Positions 25,323-36,765 of a stretch of DNA of 60,000 nucleotides are shown piece by piece. Position 1 is the first letter of the stretch, and each line of letters opens with the position of its first letter. Location of the stretch: the NCBI RefSeq assembly GCF_963921235.1, contig NC_086108.1, forward strand, positions 51,896,001 to 51,956,000, written 5' to 3'. The notes beneath the pieces are model-generated. The model did no database searches. It was not told where the DNA came from and saw nothing but the letters and a program-made list of their open reading frames with translations. A program made the translations under genes and the position numbers. The stretch is from Mobula hypostoma (taxonomy: Eukaryota).

Positions 25323-26349
25323 ATTTTTGGAAGCAAAATATAAAGGATGTCTGAAATCAGAAAAACAAAGGATGTTTGCAATACCCAGCAGGCCAGACAT
25401 TACTTGTGCAGCCTATACGTTAATTCCATTACTCTCTCCTCAGGTGCTGAATATTCCTCACATTCCTCAGAGTATTCTTCTAATGATTTGGAGCAGCATT
25501 ACTGCGTTTAAATGTGTGTGAATTTAACTCATAGAATTTTGTAAACCCTCTTTTCAGAATGCTGAATTGTCTATATGCTCTCAGCTATACAAGTAATTCA
25601 TGTCTACCTAGCACAATATTGAACAGCTGAATGCAAGTTTGCAGTTATCAAGTACAGAAGGTAACCCTCTCCCTATAGCAGCCAAGGGCTCACTCTTTTC
25701 AAGAGAACTGGGGGAGAAGTAACCTATGCCTTTTGAACTAATTGCCTCCAGGACACCATTAACCTAGATTTGGAACTGTGTTGTTGCTATCAGATTTTGC
25801 ATTTGCTTTGTGAGCGCACAGAAAACAGATGTCTAGAAAATGATCATGACACAATTGCACAGTAATAATTTATTTAAAAACTATAATGACATATTTATCT
25901 TGTAAATTTACATTACATAATGTATATGGACCAGAATAGATCTCAAATTTTATATCTGGCCAAGTCGAGTTAGCAGATTTCAACTGGGGTAGTATTTAAG
26001 GTAATATTGTGTACAACAAAATGGGGGAATTGTCATCCAAATTTCAGTTATTGATGGGGATAAAAACTGAGTAGGTTAAAAACTACTTAATGAAACAAAT
26101 ACATTTTAAATACTGTTCAAAATTAAGGTCTCAGTAATAATTTCCCTTCATACATATTAAACTTTACAACCTGATCAAACCTGTAGACTATCCAAGTATA
26201 AAATGGAAGTGATGGAACATTTAACCCACATTTTTTTGTCCCAAGCCTAGCCCCAGTTTCAGAAACAGCCCATGGAGCAATGGTGAATTACTTGCAACAG
26301 TTTCTGGATATCTTCATTGGTGTGTTCACATAATGAAATTTCTTTCGAT

Positions 26350-26692
26350 TACCCATTCTCCTTGACCTCTCATTAGCAAGTGTAGACCTGCTTCTCACTG
26401 GTAGGATTTTGTTTCTCTGTAAACTCTAGAGACTCTGTGGGTGAAAATTCCAGGAGCTCAGCAGTTTCTGAAATACATATACCACCCCATCTGGCACCAA
26501 CAATCCTTTCACGGCCAGAGTCACTTGGATCACATTTCTTCCCCATTCTGATGTTTGGTCTGAACAACAACTGAACCTCTTGACCATGTCTGCATGCTTT
26601 TATGCTCTGAGTTGCAGCCACATGGTTGGCTGATTAGATATCTGCATTACAAGCAGGTGTAGTGCTGTACCTAATAAAGTGGCTACTGAGTG
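26350..26692 (-). mobile_element. Short Tc1-derived element, 5' part
   Basis: TIR CCTAATAAAGTGGCTACTGAGTG|TA. The ORF contains MGKKCDPSDSGRERIVGARWGGICISETAELLEFS, a Tc1 N-terminal HTH. Confidence 0.75.
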
Positions 26693-28619
26693 TAGTTGCT
26701 GAAACCACAGAGTTATTGGTCAAAAGAGAAAGTAGAGAATTTTATGTATGTTAATGAAACTATGCTTGATCTGTTGAGCATTTCCAGCATTCTTCTGGTT
26801 TTGGGTCTTTGCAAAAGCTCTGATCTGTAATTCAAAGCTCTTATGTTGTTCCTTTCTTTGTGTTTTTGCTCTAACAGCTCTTATTAATCTGTCAACCAGG
26901 CAGTGAATAACCATAGTAATCCCAGCCTAATCCTATCAAGGATATTCCATTCTTCTCTCTATCCTTCACTCACCTGATCTGCAATTTAAACCTAACGTTT
27001 TCTCATTGTTACATTCTGATGAATAGTCTTGATCTGAAATCTAAAGCCTATTTTTTATGTATCACAGATTCAGCTTGACCTACTGAATGTTTCCATAATT
27101 TTATGTATTTACTTCAGTAAACTATGGGTAGTAGTTAACAAACACAGCTTTCAAAGTGGTGAAAACAAGATGGTGGAGGAACCCAGCTGGTCAGGCAGCA
27201 TCTGTGGAGGGAAATGGACAGTGGTTGTTTTGGGTGAAGACCCTTCATCTGGATTCATAAAGAGCTTACAAGAACAACATTGTAAGAAGATAAAACTGCT
27301 TTGTTAGGACATGCATGGTATTTAGAATATAATGCAAGAAGAGAATGATAACTGTAGAATGAATGTAAGTGACATGGAATTTTATTTTACTGGAACACTA
27401 ATGAGTTTACAATAGACCAATTGGTTCATGCATTTTTAAGTAAAACCCAGTTCACCTGCTTAAAGAATGGACAATAAAGCTACTAATACTTTCTTTATAT
27501 TGCAGGGACTACCTCAATGAAGACAGTGGCATACCTACCAAAGGTCCTGTGACAAGTAAGTAGATACAGCTTGTGTTTTAAGTCAGGTTTCATCAGTGGG
27601 ATACTGCCTCTAAACAAACTATTTGAACTAGTGAAAGTCAGCCAATATTGCCAGTCTGAGGTTAAATATTCGATTGTATGTTCTGAGCTTGGAACCTCAT
27701 CAACTGGACGCATAAGAAACAAATCCATCCAGGGTGTAAATCTGCAATTCTGTTTCTCATTATTTAGTACAACCATATAAAGTTAAAATTGTCTTCTAGA
27801 GAGAGATCCCCATTACATGAACATATACTCCATTAATAAAAGTGCAGTATCTTACATCTTACTATCTATTGGTATCCGGTGCAAGGATCAACCATCATGT
27901 GGGGAAGATTGATGATAAACCAAGTATATCTTCAAATATATAAAATATCAAAATAATTGATTGCAAGAAATAAAATGCAACAGTTAATTTGTTTTCATAA
28001 TGTTCCAGTGCACACCGCATGCTGCACACATAGCAGCAAATCACACAGCTCTGTCTGTGGGAAGATCAAGAACAGCAGTGACACGGAGGGAATAATGTCC
28101 TATTATAATTGCCTGCTGATCACTGCCAACAGTTATGCGGAGAGTCCTGGTGAAGCCCCGTTGGAAGTTTCTTAGCAGTATCCCTCTATTCACCCCACAG
28201 ACTCAACCAAAGAAACTGAATCTAGAGGCCAGAGCTGCCCCCTTCAGCCTCATTGTTTATGCTGATCTTGTCCTGGTTGGCAGCATGCATCCAGTTTTGT
28301 GTAGAGAATCCCAGACAGCACAGGGAAATTGAAGTTCTAATTTTTAGGGTTTGGGTATTGCTGGAGACTGTGCATTTATCACCTGTCTCTAATTAAATGT
28401 GGGAAGTGGTGGTGAGCTATTGCAAATTTACAAAACTTGTTGGTGCATGATTTGAAAGGGAACAAGGAGGTATTAAAGCCCTTGTTTTTTTAGGCCTATT
28501 ACCTCACAATGTCACCTGGGAACTAAGTGTATTCCATGTACAGCAAAGAGGAAATAAAGGGCGTTGGTCACCTGAAAAAGTGTGGTTTAAATGCATGAAT
28601 CCACAGGAACTACAGTATG

Positions 28620-28985
28620 ATTCAGAGTCAAATGTTGTACACAAATAAATGTACGCACAGATGTAATGACAAACTTACTTTCAGCTGCATCAGGCTCTTA
28701 GGATGATACAAGTAACATTGACAATAAATAAATGAGGTAAGCATAAATTATGAACAATTTTTACAAGAAGGAACACAATTAGAATTTTTTAAAAATGGTC
28801 CACTCTCGTGCAAAGTAGTCAAAATAGTCATAGTGTTATAAGCTGTAGTGATTAGCATTTTGCTAGTTGGTTCAAGAACTGAATGATTGAAGGGAAGTTC
28901 TTGAATCTGGTGGTGTGGGACTTCAGGCTTCTGTACTTCCTGCCTGATGGTAGCTGTGAAAAGATGACATGGCCCCGAGGGTGGG
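28620..28985 (-). mobile_element. Rex1/Babar-like LINE 3' end
   Basis: Reverse complement resembles the 13190-13430 tail (GGCCATGTCATCTTTTCACAGCTACCATCAGGCAGGAAGTACAGAAGCCTG). Confidence 0.6.
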
Positions 28986-29874
28986 AACTTTAGTGGCATG
29001 TGTGACCTTTACCTTCTGATGATCAAATCTAAAAGAAATAAGCGATTCTGATCTTTGGTAAAATCAGAATAAATGTCCCAAAAGGCAGTGATTGTAGATT
29101 GGAAATATTTTAAAATGGTATTTATTTTAAAAAAATTAAGGTAATGGCAGATATGGAGAAATGTAGAGAGAGTGAATTTAAACGATTGTTATACCTGATG
29201 GAGCAGGTTGAATGCTCTTTGCTTGTCCTAGTATATTTGCATGCACAAAGGAAGATGGAAAATTATTGAAAGGAAAATATTTTAATAAAGCTGTGAGTTG
29301 TACAATCTGATACAATTTTAATAAAATAGGTTTATAAAATATTATAATGTTTGCAATTTAAATAAAGCTGGTAAATTTGTCATTTGGGGATATCAAATAT
29401 TTTATATTGCTTATTTTAGTGATCCCTGGAGAGTGCATGCATTAAAAAAATATAAATATCTGATATTAACCAGATTGAGCATTGAAACTTGCATGCCACA
29501 TACTATGATTTTTTTAAGGGGTAATTATTTTCACAATTTTGGTCTTGTGTCACGTTAAGTATATTTTGTCTACTTCTGTATTATCACATTATAGCAGTTG
29601 TGACGTGTGAAGTTCCATTGTAATAATAGGCAACCTTCGTACAATATATTGAAATGAAAGTGACTACTAAACAGTTTAATTATCTTATGACTCCAGTTCT
29701 TGAATTAACTCATTTGATTAAACATGGATGCCATTAGTAGATGTTTCTTTTAATGAGTATTTCCAGTTTTTTTTGGCTAAGAAGCCTGCATAGTACACCA
29801 AGTTTGGCACATTTCCCTTTCATTTGTGAGATGTAGCTTGAACTCCTGTTCTGGGATATGACAGCCAAAAATGA

Positions 29875-30431
29875 ATAAACTGCAGATGCTGGAAATCCAG
29901 AAAAACTCGCACCAGATGCCAGAGAAACTCGGGTCATGCAGCAGCTGTGGAAATTAACAAACAGTTGACGTTTCGAACCAAAACCCTTCATCAGGACTGG
30001 AAAAGAAGGGGGAAGATGTCAGAATATGAAATTGGGGAAAGGGAAGGAGGACAAGCTAGAAGGTGATGATGGGTGAAGCCAGGTGGGTGGCAGAGCGGGA
30101 ATGAAATGAGAAGCTGAGAGGTGATAGGTGGAGAAAGTAAAGGACTGGAAAAGAAGGAATCTGATTGGAGAGGAGAGTGGACTATGGGAGAAAGGGAAGA
30201 AGGAGGGGCACCCAGCTTCCTACTTCCTTGGCTGCTCCCCCACCCACCTGGCTTCAACTGTCACCTTTTATATTGGTCTCCTTCCCCTCACCCCCCACCT
30301 TCTTAGACTGGAATCTCCCCCCTTCCTTTCCAGTCCTGATGAAAGTTCTTGACCTGATACATTGACTGTTTTTTCATGTTCAAAACTGCTGTCTGACCAG
30401 CTGAGTTCCTCCAGCATTTTGAGTGTGTTGA
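29875..30431. mobile_element. Older palindromic Penelope-like insertion P5 (tail on the left)
   Basis: The left arm starts with the tail CTGCAGATGCTGGAAATCC and holds a minus-strand hammerhead (29962-29998, CTGATGA..GAAACGTC). Orientation flips near 30210. The right arm has a decayed hammerhead (30332-30368) and ends at GTGTGTTG. Confidence 0.75.
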
Positions 30432-30879
30432 GCCGGAACTGAAGTTATTTTCAGCATTCTCAACCTACTTCCTAGTGAATGTGATGCCAATGCGTGTTGC
30501 TCCAAGACTTTGATATACATCTGCAACTCTTCCTCTCATCATCTCACACACCTTGAGACATGCTAGAAACTCTTTCAGGCATCAATGCTGAGTAGAGGAG
30601 CTTTTAAAGCATATATTCTGAGGAATCTTTTCTCATTCATATTTGTCCAGCTTACATGGTTGCTTTCATGAGTCTAGATGTGAGGAACTCCTTGCATTTG
30701 GTCCAAGTTCCCTTTTTCAACATTGTAGGATTTGTCACAAGCAGTACTTAAACTAGATGCTTGGAAAATTAGAAACTTGCTATTTCAAGGCAAATATGGT
30801 ACTTAAATCCCAATGTCAACAGAAACCCAGAACAAATCATATTAAATGATGGTGGAAGCTCCTATTCTCTTGATAACTA

Positions 30880-32483
30880 CAAACCCCATTTCCAGAAAAG
30901 TTGGGATATTTTCCAAAATGCAATAAAACCAAAAATCTGTGATATGTTAATTCACATGAATCTTTATTTAACTGACAAAAGTACAAAGAAAAGATTTTCA
31001 ATAGTTTTACTGACCAACTTAATTGTATTTTGTAAATATACACAAATTTAGAATTTGATGGCTGCAACACACTCAACAAGAGTTGAGACAGAGTTAAAAT
31101 AAGATTGAAAAGTGCACAGAATATTCAGGTAACACCGATTTGGAAGACTTCACATTAGGCAGGCTAATTGGTAGCAGCTGAGGTATCATGACTGGGTGTA
31201 AAAGTAGCGTCCATCAAAGGCTCAGTCTTTGCAAGCAAGGATGGGTCGTGGCTCACCCCTTTGTGCCAAAATTCGTGAGAGAATTGTTAGTCAGTTCAAA
31301 AGGAACATTTCTCAATGCAAGATTGCAGAGAATTTGGGTCTTTCAACATCTACAGTACATGATATTGTGAAAAGATTCAGAGAATTCAGAGACATCTCAG
31401 TGCATAAAAGGCAAGGTCAGAAACCACTGTTGAATGCGCGTAATCTTCAAGTCCTCAGGTGGCACTGCCTAAGAAACCGTCATGCTACTGTGACAATTAT
31501 CGCCACCTGGGCTCGGGAGTACTTCAGAAAACCATTGTCACTCAACACAGTCCGTCGCTGCATCCAGAAATGCAACTTAAAACTGTATTATGCAAGGAGG
31601 AAGCCATACATCAACTCTATGCAGAAACGCCAGCGAGTTCTCTGGGTCCGAGCTCATCTCAGATGGACTGAAAGACTGTGGAACCGTGTGCTGTGGTCAG
31701 ATGAGTCCACATTTCAACTAGTTTTCGGAAAAAACAGGCGTCGAGTTCTCCGTGCCAAAGATGAAAACGACCATCCAGATTGTTATCAGCGAAAGGTGCC
31801 AAAGCCAGCATCTGTGATGGTATGGGGGTGCATCAGTGCCCACGGCATGGGTGAGTTGCATGTATGTGAAGGTACCATTGACTCTGAGGTGTATATTAGG
31901 ATTTTAGAGAGACATATCTTGCCATCAAGGCGACGTCTCTTCCTGGGACGCCCACGCTTATTTCAGCAGGACAATGCCAGACCACATTCTTCACGGGCTA
32001 CAACAGCGTGGCTTTGTAGACACAGAGTGCGTGTGTTTGACTGGCCTGCTGCCAGTCCAGATCTATCTCCTATTGAAAATGTATGGCGCATCATGAAGAG
32101 GAGAATCAGACAACGGAGACCACAGACTGTTGAGCAGCTGAAGTCTTGTATCAAGCAAGAATGGACAAAATTTCCAATTGCAAATCTATGACAATTAGTA
32201 TCCTCAGTTCCAAAACGATTATAAAGTGTTATTAAAAGGAAATGTGGTGTAACACAATGGTAAACATGCCTCTGTCCTAACTTTTGTTGAGTGTGTTGCA
32301 ACCATCAAATTCTAAATTTGTGTATGTTTACAAAATACAATTAAGTTGGTAAGTAAAACTACTGAAAATCTTTTTTTTGTACTTTTGTCAGTTAAATAAA
32401 GGTTCACGTGAATTAACATATCATAGATTTTTGTTTTTATTGCATTTTGGAAAATATCCCAACTTTTCTGGAAATGGGGTTTG
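30880..32483 (+). mobile_element. Tc1 transposon copy B, full length (1604 bp)
   Basis: TA duplication at 30878-30879 and 32484-32485; ~200-bp TIRs CAAACCCCATTTCCAGAAAAGTTGGGATA. Confidence 0.96.
31241..32263 (+). pseudogene. Tc1 DD34E transposase, 340 codons with two late in-frame stops
   Basis: ATG at 31241 (MGRGSPL), HTH region, WSDES, FQQDNARPH and PDLSPIE with 34 residues between D and E. TGA at 32189 and TAA near 32222 precede the natural end ..TQW*. Confidence 0.92.
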
Positions 32484-32799
32484 TACACAAACCTGATCCT
32501 GATGATATCATGGCAAGATGTGATATCCTTATCCAGCTCTCCTACTAACTTTGCTCTCCAGGAACATCTGAATTTTAACATCTCATATTGTACATAACAT
32601 TACCTGTGAAATGTAAACTGTTACAAGGCAGGAGCTGGGGAGAGTAGATTGGGAGCAGTTGTTAATGGTAAAGACAACATCTGATGTGTGAGTCATTTAA
32701 AGATAGTTGGTCGGATTTCAGGACTAACATGTTCCTATAAGGAAGGAAAGCAAAGGTGGCGAGATTTGGGAATTATGTATGATGAGAGATGTTGCAAAT

Positions 32800-33560
32800 T
32801 TAGTCAAAAACAAAAAGTATATGTTAGGTTAAGGTACTTGAATAGGACAGAAACCTGGAGAAGTGCAAAAGAAGCAGGAAAGAAACTAAACAGAGAATCA
32901 GGAAGGCTACATGGGGTTGTGAAATGACATTGTTGTGTAAGATTAACGAGAATCCCAAGACATTTTATACATACTAAAAGCAGGGGGTAAACTGTACTTA
33001 ACATAAGTATTCACCAAAGAGGGCATGGAGGATAATAGGATCGGGGGGACAATGCTGATGTTCTAGGGCATGTTGCTACCAAGGAGCACACATCAAAGTT
33101 GCTGGTGAACGCAGCAGGCCAGGCAGCATCTGTAGGAAGAGGTGCAGTCGACGTTTCAGGCCGAGACCCTTTGTCAGGACCTGACGAAGGGTCTCGGCCT
33201 GAAACGTCGACTGCACCTCTTGACGAAGAGTCTCGGCCTGAAACGTCGACTGCACCTCTTCCTACAGATGCTGCCTGGCCTGCTGCGTTCACCAGCAACT
33301 TTGATGTGTGTTGCTTGAATTTCCAGCATCTGCAGAATTCCTGTTTGATACCAAGGAGAGGAGGTTTTGGATCTCTTGAAGAACATTAAGGTGGGTAACT
33401 TTCTAGGGCTTGATGGGATCTATCACAAGTTATCAAGAGAAATGAGAGGAGATTGCTGGGACCTTGACAGCAGTCTTTGTTTTCACTTCAGCACTGGTGA
33501 TGTTCCAAAGGATTGAAAAATAGCCAATATTGTTTCTCTATTTTAATACGAGCAATGGAA
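32800..33560 (+). mobile_element. CR1 ORF2 fragment, old, interrupted by P2
   Basis: GAGGTTTTGGATCTCTTGAAGAACATTAAGGTG..GATGGGATCTAT reads as EVLDLLKNIKV..DGIY, the CR1 pre-RT region. Confidence 0.6.
33087..33344. mobile_element. Mini palindromic Penelope-like insertion P2 with three hammerhead motifs
   Basis: Symmetry centre at 33179 (GTCAGG-A-CCTGAC). TSD TTGCTACCAAGGAG (33073-33086) / TTGATACCAAGGAG (33345-33358). The right arm has a 39-bp tandem duplication. Confidence 0.9.
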
Positions 33561-33594
33561 GCAAACTTGGAAATCATAGGTAATGGCGATCTGG

Positions 33595-33950
33595 AGCTCT
33601 TGTTTGCAAGCCATTTTAATTTCCCACCCCATTTCCACACTGAACTGTCAGTCCTTAGTGTACACTGCCAGAGTATGCGGGTAAACACAAACTGAGGAAC
33701 AGCACTCATATTCCACCTGGGTTGCCTATAAACCAAGGGCTTAAATGTGAATTCTCCAATTTCAGTGTAACTTGCTCTCCCTCAGTCCCTTTTCCCTCTC
33801 CTCATCTACCCAGTTCTTCCTACACACACACAAACTCTCCCAGCCATGATTACCCTGTTTCTTACTCTTCCTTCACATACTACTGCCCATCACCTACCGA
33901 CTCCTCCCACTGCTATTTTGTCTGAATGGATGGTGAAATGTTGATGCATT
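33595..33950 (+). mobile_element. Old Penelope-like GIY-YIG C-terminal remnant
   Basis: FASHFNFPPHFHTELSVL..EEQH is similar to the C-terminus in P3. Confidence 0.65.
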
Positions 33951-34397
33951 GTTGCTTTTTTAGGCGGTCCTGCGGGTTTGAGGATGGCTTTGTTCCATTC
34001 CAGTTCTTTGGCTGCTGAGCTGACAAATGATACGAATGTTTAACCACCTGTGGGGAAGGAAGGGCTTAATGAGTGGAGCACTCAATAAACACTTGGATTT
34101 TGAGATATTCTGGTGAAGGGACTTGAGGTTAACAGTACCACTCCAAATGCTGCTTCTCCAATTTGAATAGTCATGGGTCAGGGATAAGCATGAGTCAGTA
34201 AAAATATTACACCTTTTCAAGGAGGTGTAGAGCAGTGGTCCCCAACCACCGGGTCACAAAGCATGTGCTACCGGGCCGCAAGGAAACGATATGATTTAGC
34301 AATATGAAATGTTATGAGTCAGCTGCACCTTTCCTCATTCCCTGTCACGCCCACTATTGAACTTGAACGCATGCGAGGTCATTGGTGACCCAAGACG

Positions 34398-35034
34398 CAG
34401 ATTAGATTAGATTATGAGGACACGCAGTCCCCTTTTATTGTCATTTAGTAATGCATGCATTAAGAAATGATACAATATTCCTCCGGTGTGATATCACAGA
34501 AACACAGGACAGACCAAGACTGAAAACTAACAAAAACCACATAATTATAACATATAGTTACAACAGTGCAACAATACCATAACTTAATGAAGAACAGGCC
34601 ATGGGCACAGTAAAAAAAAAAGTCCAAAGTCTCTCGAAAGTCCCACATCTCACGCATACGGGAGAAGGAAGAAAACTCTCCCTGCCATGCCCGACCACAG
34701 TCCGACTCTAAGTCATCGGAAAACTTTGAGCTCTGGTCAGCCCTCCGACACCAAGTACCGAGCACCATCTCTGCCGAACGCTTCGACCCCAGCCTCGCTC
34801 ACCAGCAACAGGCAAAGCTGGGGATTTTGGGGCCTTCCCTCCGAAGATTCTCGATCGTACAGTAGCAGCGGCAGCAAACCGGGCACTTCAGAAATTTCTC
34901 CAGATGTTCCTCTGTGCTTCTCACGTCTGTCTCTATCAAATCAGAATTGTGCACGGTGTCCTACTTACAAATACGATATCATTTCACCGGAGAGCTGCGC
35001 GCGTTGCACTGCCATCTTCTCCTCCCGCCATGAC
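34398..35034 (-). mobile_element. Short non-coding retroposon with (AATCT)n tail
   Basis: 13-bp TSD GTGACCCAAGACG (34385-34397, 35035-35047). Minus strand starts with a GC-rich GGCGGGAGGAGAAGATGGC and ends with AATAAA..AATCTAATCTAATCT. Confidence 0.75.
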
Positions 35035-35458
35035 GTGACCCAAGACGTGCAAAGGAATGGGTCCATAACCCATTTGTGAATGTCCCCAGTGAATCATCCT
35101 TGACAGCATGGGAAAAAGATCAACCCCTCGAGCTTGCAAATGATGGTGGGCTGAAAAGTATGTTTGACATAACATCTCTGCCGGCATTCTGGATCAAAGT
35201 CAAGGTTGAATATCCTGAGAAAGCCACAAAAGCACTGAAAACATTGCTTCCATTTCTAACATCATATCTCTGAAGCAGAGTTTTCGGCAATGAATGCAAT
35301 GAAAATCACGGAATAGACTGGACAGAAGCGATTGCCGATTGCGTCGCCTCTGATCTGGGCCGACATTTACGTGCTGGGCAGCACCTAATCAATTAGCTTC
35401 ACACATCAAAGTTGCTGGTGAACGCAGCAGGCCAGGCAGCATCTATAGGAAGAGACGC

Positions 35459-35494
35459 AGTCGACGTTTCAGGCCGAGACCCTTCGTCAGGACT
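35459..35494 (-). ncRNA. Minimal type I hammerhead ribozyme
   Basis: Minus strand AGTCCTGACGAAGGGTCTCGGCCTGAAACGTCGACT, fully intact core. Confidence 0.87.
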
Positions 35495-35784
35495 AACTGA
35501 AGGAAGAGTGAGTAAGGGATTTGAAAGCTGGAGGGGGGGGGAGATGCAAAATGATAGGAGAAGACAGGAGGGGGAGGGATAGAGCCGAGAGCTGGACAGG
35601 TGATGGGCAGAAGGGGATACGAGAGGATCATGGGACAGGAGGTCCGGGAAGAAAGCCGGGGGGGGGTGACCCAGAGGATGGGCAAGAGGTATATTCAGAG
35701 GGACAGAGGGAGAAAAAGGAGAGTGAGAGAAAGAATGTGTGCATAAAAAAGAGTAACAGATGGGGTACGAGGGGGAGGTGGGGC

Positions 35785-36350
35785 CTAGCGGAAGTTAGAG
35801 AAGTCAATGTTCATGCCATCAGGTTGGAGGCTACCCATACGGAATATAAGGTGTTGTTCCTCCAACCTGAGTGTGGCTTCATCTTTACAGTAGAGGAGGC
35901 CGTGGATAGACATGTCAGAATGGGAATGGGATGTGGAATTAAAATGTGTGGCCACTGGGAGATCCTGCTTTCTCTGGCGGACAGAGCGTAGATGTTCAGC
36001 AAAGCGGTCTCCCAGTCTGCGTCGGGTCTCACCAATATATAAAAGGCCACATCGGGAGCACCGGACGCAGTATATCACCCCAGTCGACTCACAGGTGAAG
36101 TGATGCCTCACCTGGAAGGACTGTTTGGGGCCCTGAATGGTGGTAAGGGAGGAAGTGTAAGGGCATGTGTAGCACTTGTTCCGCTTACACAGATAAGTGC
36201 CAGGAGGGAGATCAGTGGGGAGGGATGGGGGGGACGAATGGACAAGGGAGTTGTGTAGGGAGCGATCTCTGCGGAATGCAGAGAGAGGGGGGGAGGGAAA
36301 GATATGCTTAGTGGTGGGATCCCGTTGGAGGTGGCGGAAGTTACGGAGAA
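35785..36350 (-). pseudogene. Penelope-like ORF 3' part: GIY-YIG endonuclease domain (5'-truncated)
   Basis: CKRNKCYTC..FTCESTGVIYCVRCSRCGLLYIGETRRRLGDRFAEH..VATHF..EEQHLI..GMN. The first ~21 aa of the listed ORF come from the inverted arm. Confidence 0.92.
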
Positions 36351-36729
36351 ACAGGTTGGAGGAACAACACCTTATATTCCGTATGGGTAGCCTCCAACCT
36401 GATGGCATGAACATTGACTTCTCTAACTTCCGCTAGGCCCCACCTCCCCCTCGTACCCCATCTGTTACTCTTTTTTATGCACACATTCTTTCTCTCACTC
36501 TCCTTTTTCTCCCTCTGTCCCTCTGAATATACCTCTTGCCCATCCTCTGGGTCACCCCCCCACCGTCTTTCTTCCCGGACCTCCTGTCCCATGATCCTCT
36601 CGTATCCCCTTCTGCCTATCACCTGTCCAGCTCTCGGCTCTATCCCTCCCCCTCCTGTCTTCTCCTATCATTTTGCATCTCCCCCCCCCCCCCCAGCTTT
36701 CAAATCCCTTACTCACTCTTCCTTCAGTT

Positions 36730-36765
36730 AGTCCTGACGAAGGGTCTCGGCCTGAAACGTCGACT
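36730..36765 (+). ncRNA. Minimal type I hammerhead ribozyme
   Basis: AGTCCTGACGAAGGGTCTCGGCCTGAAACGTCGACT; predicted cleavage 3' of C36761. Confidence 0.87.

Noticed and set aside
31229..32191. Domesticated or active transposase gene
   Set aside because: It sits inside TA-flanked TIRs, has premature stops and has a sibling copy nearby.
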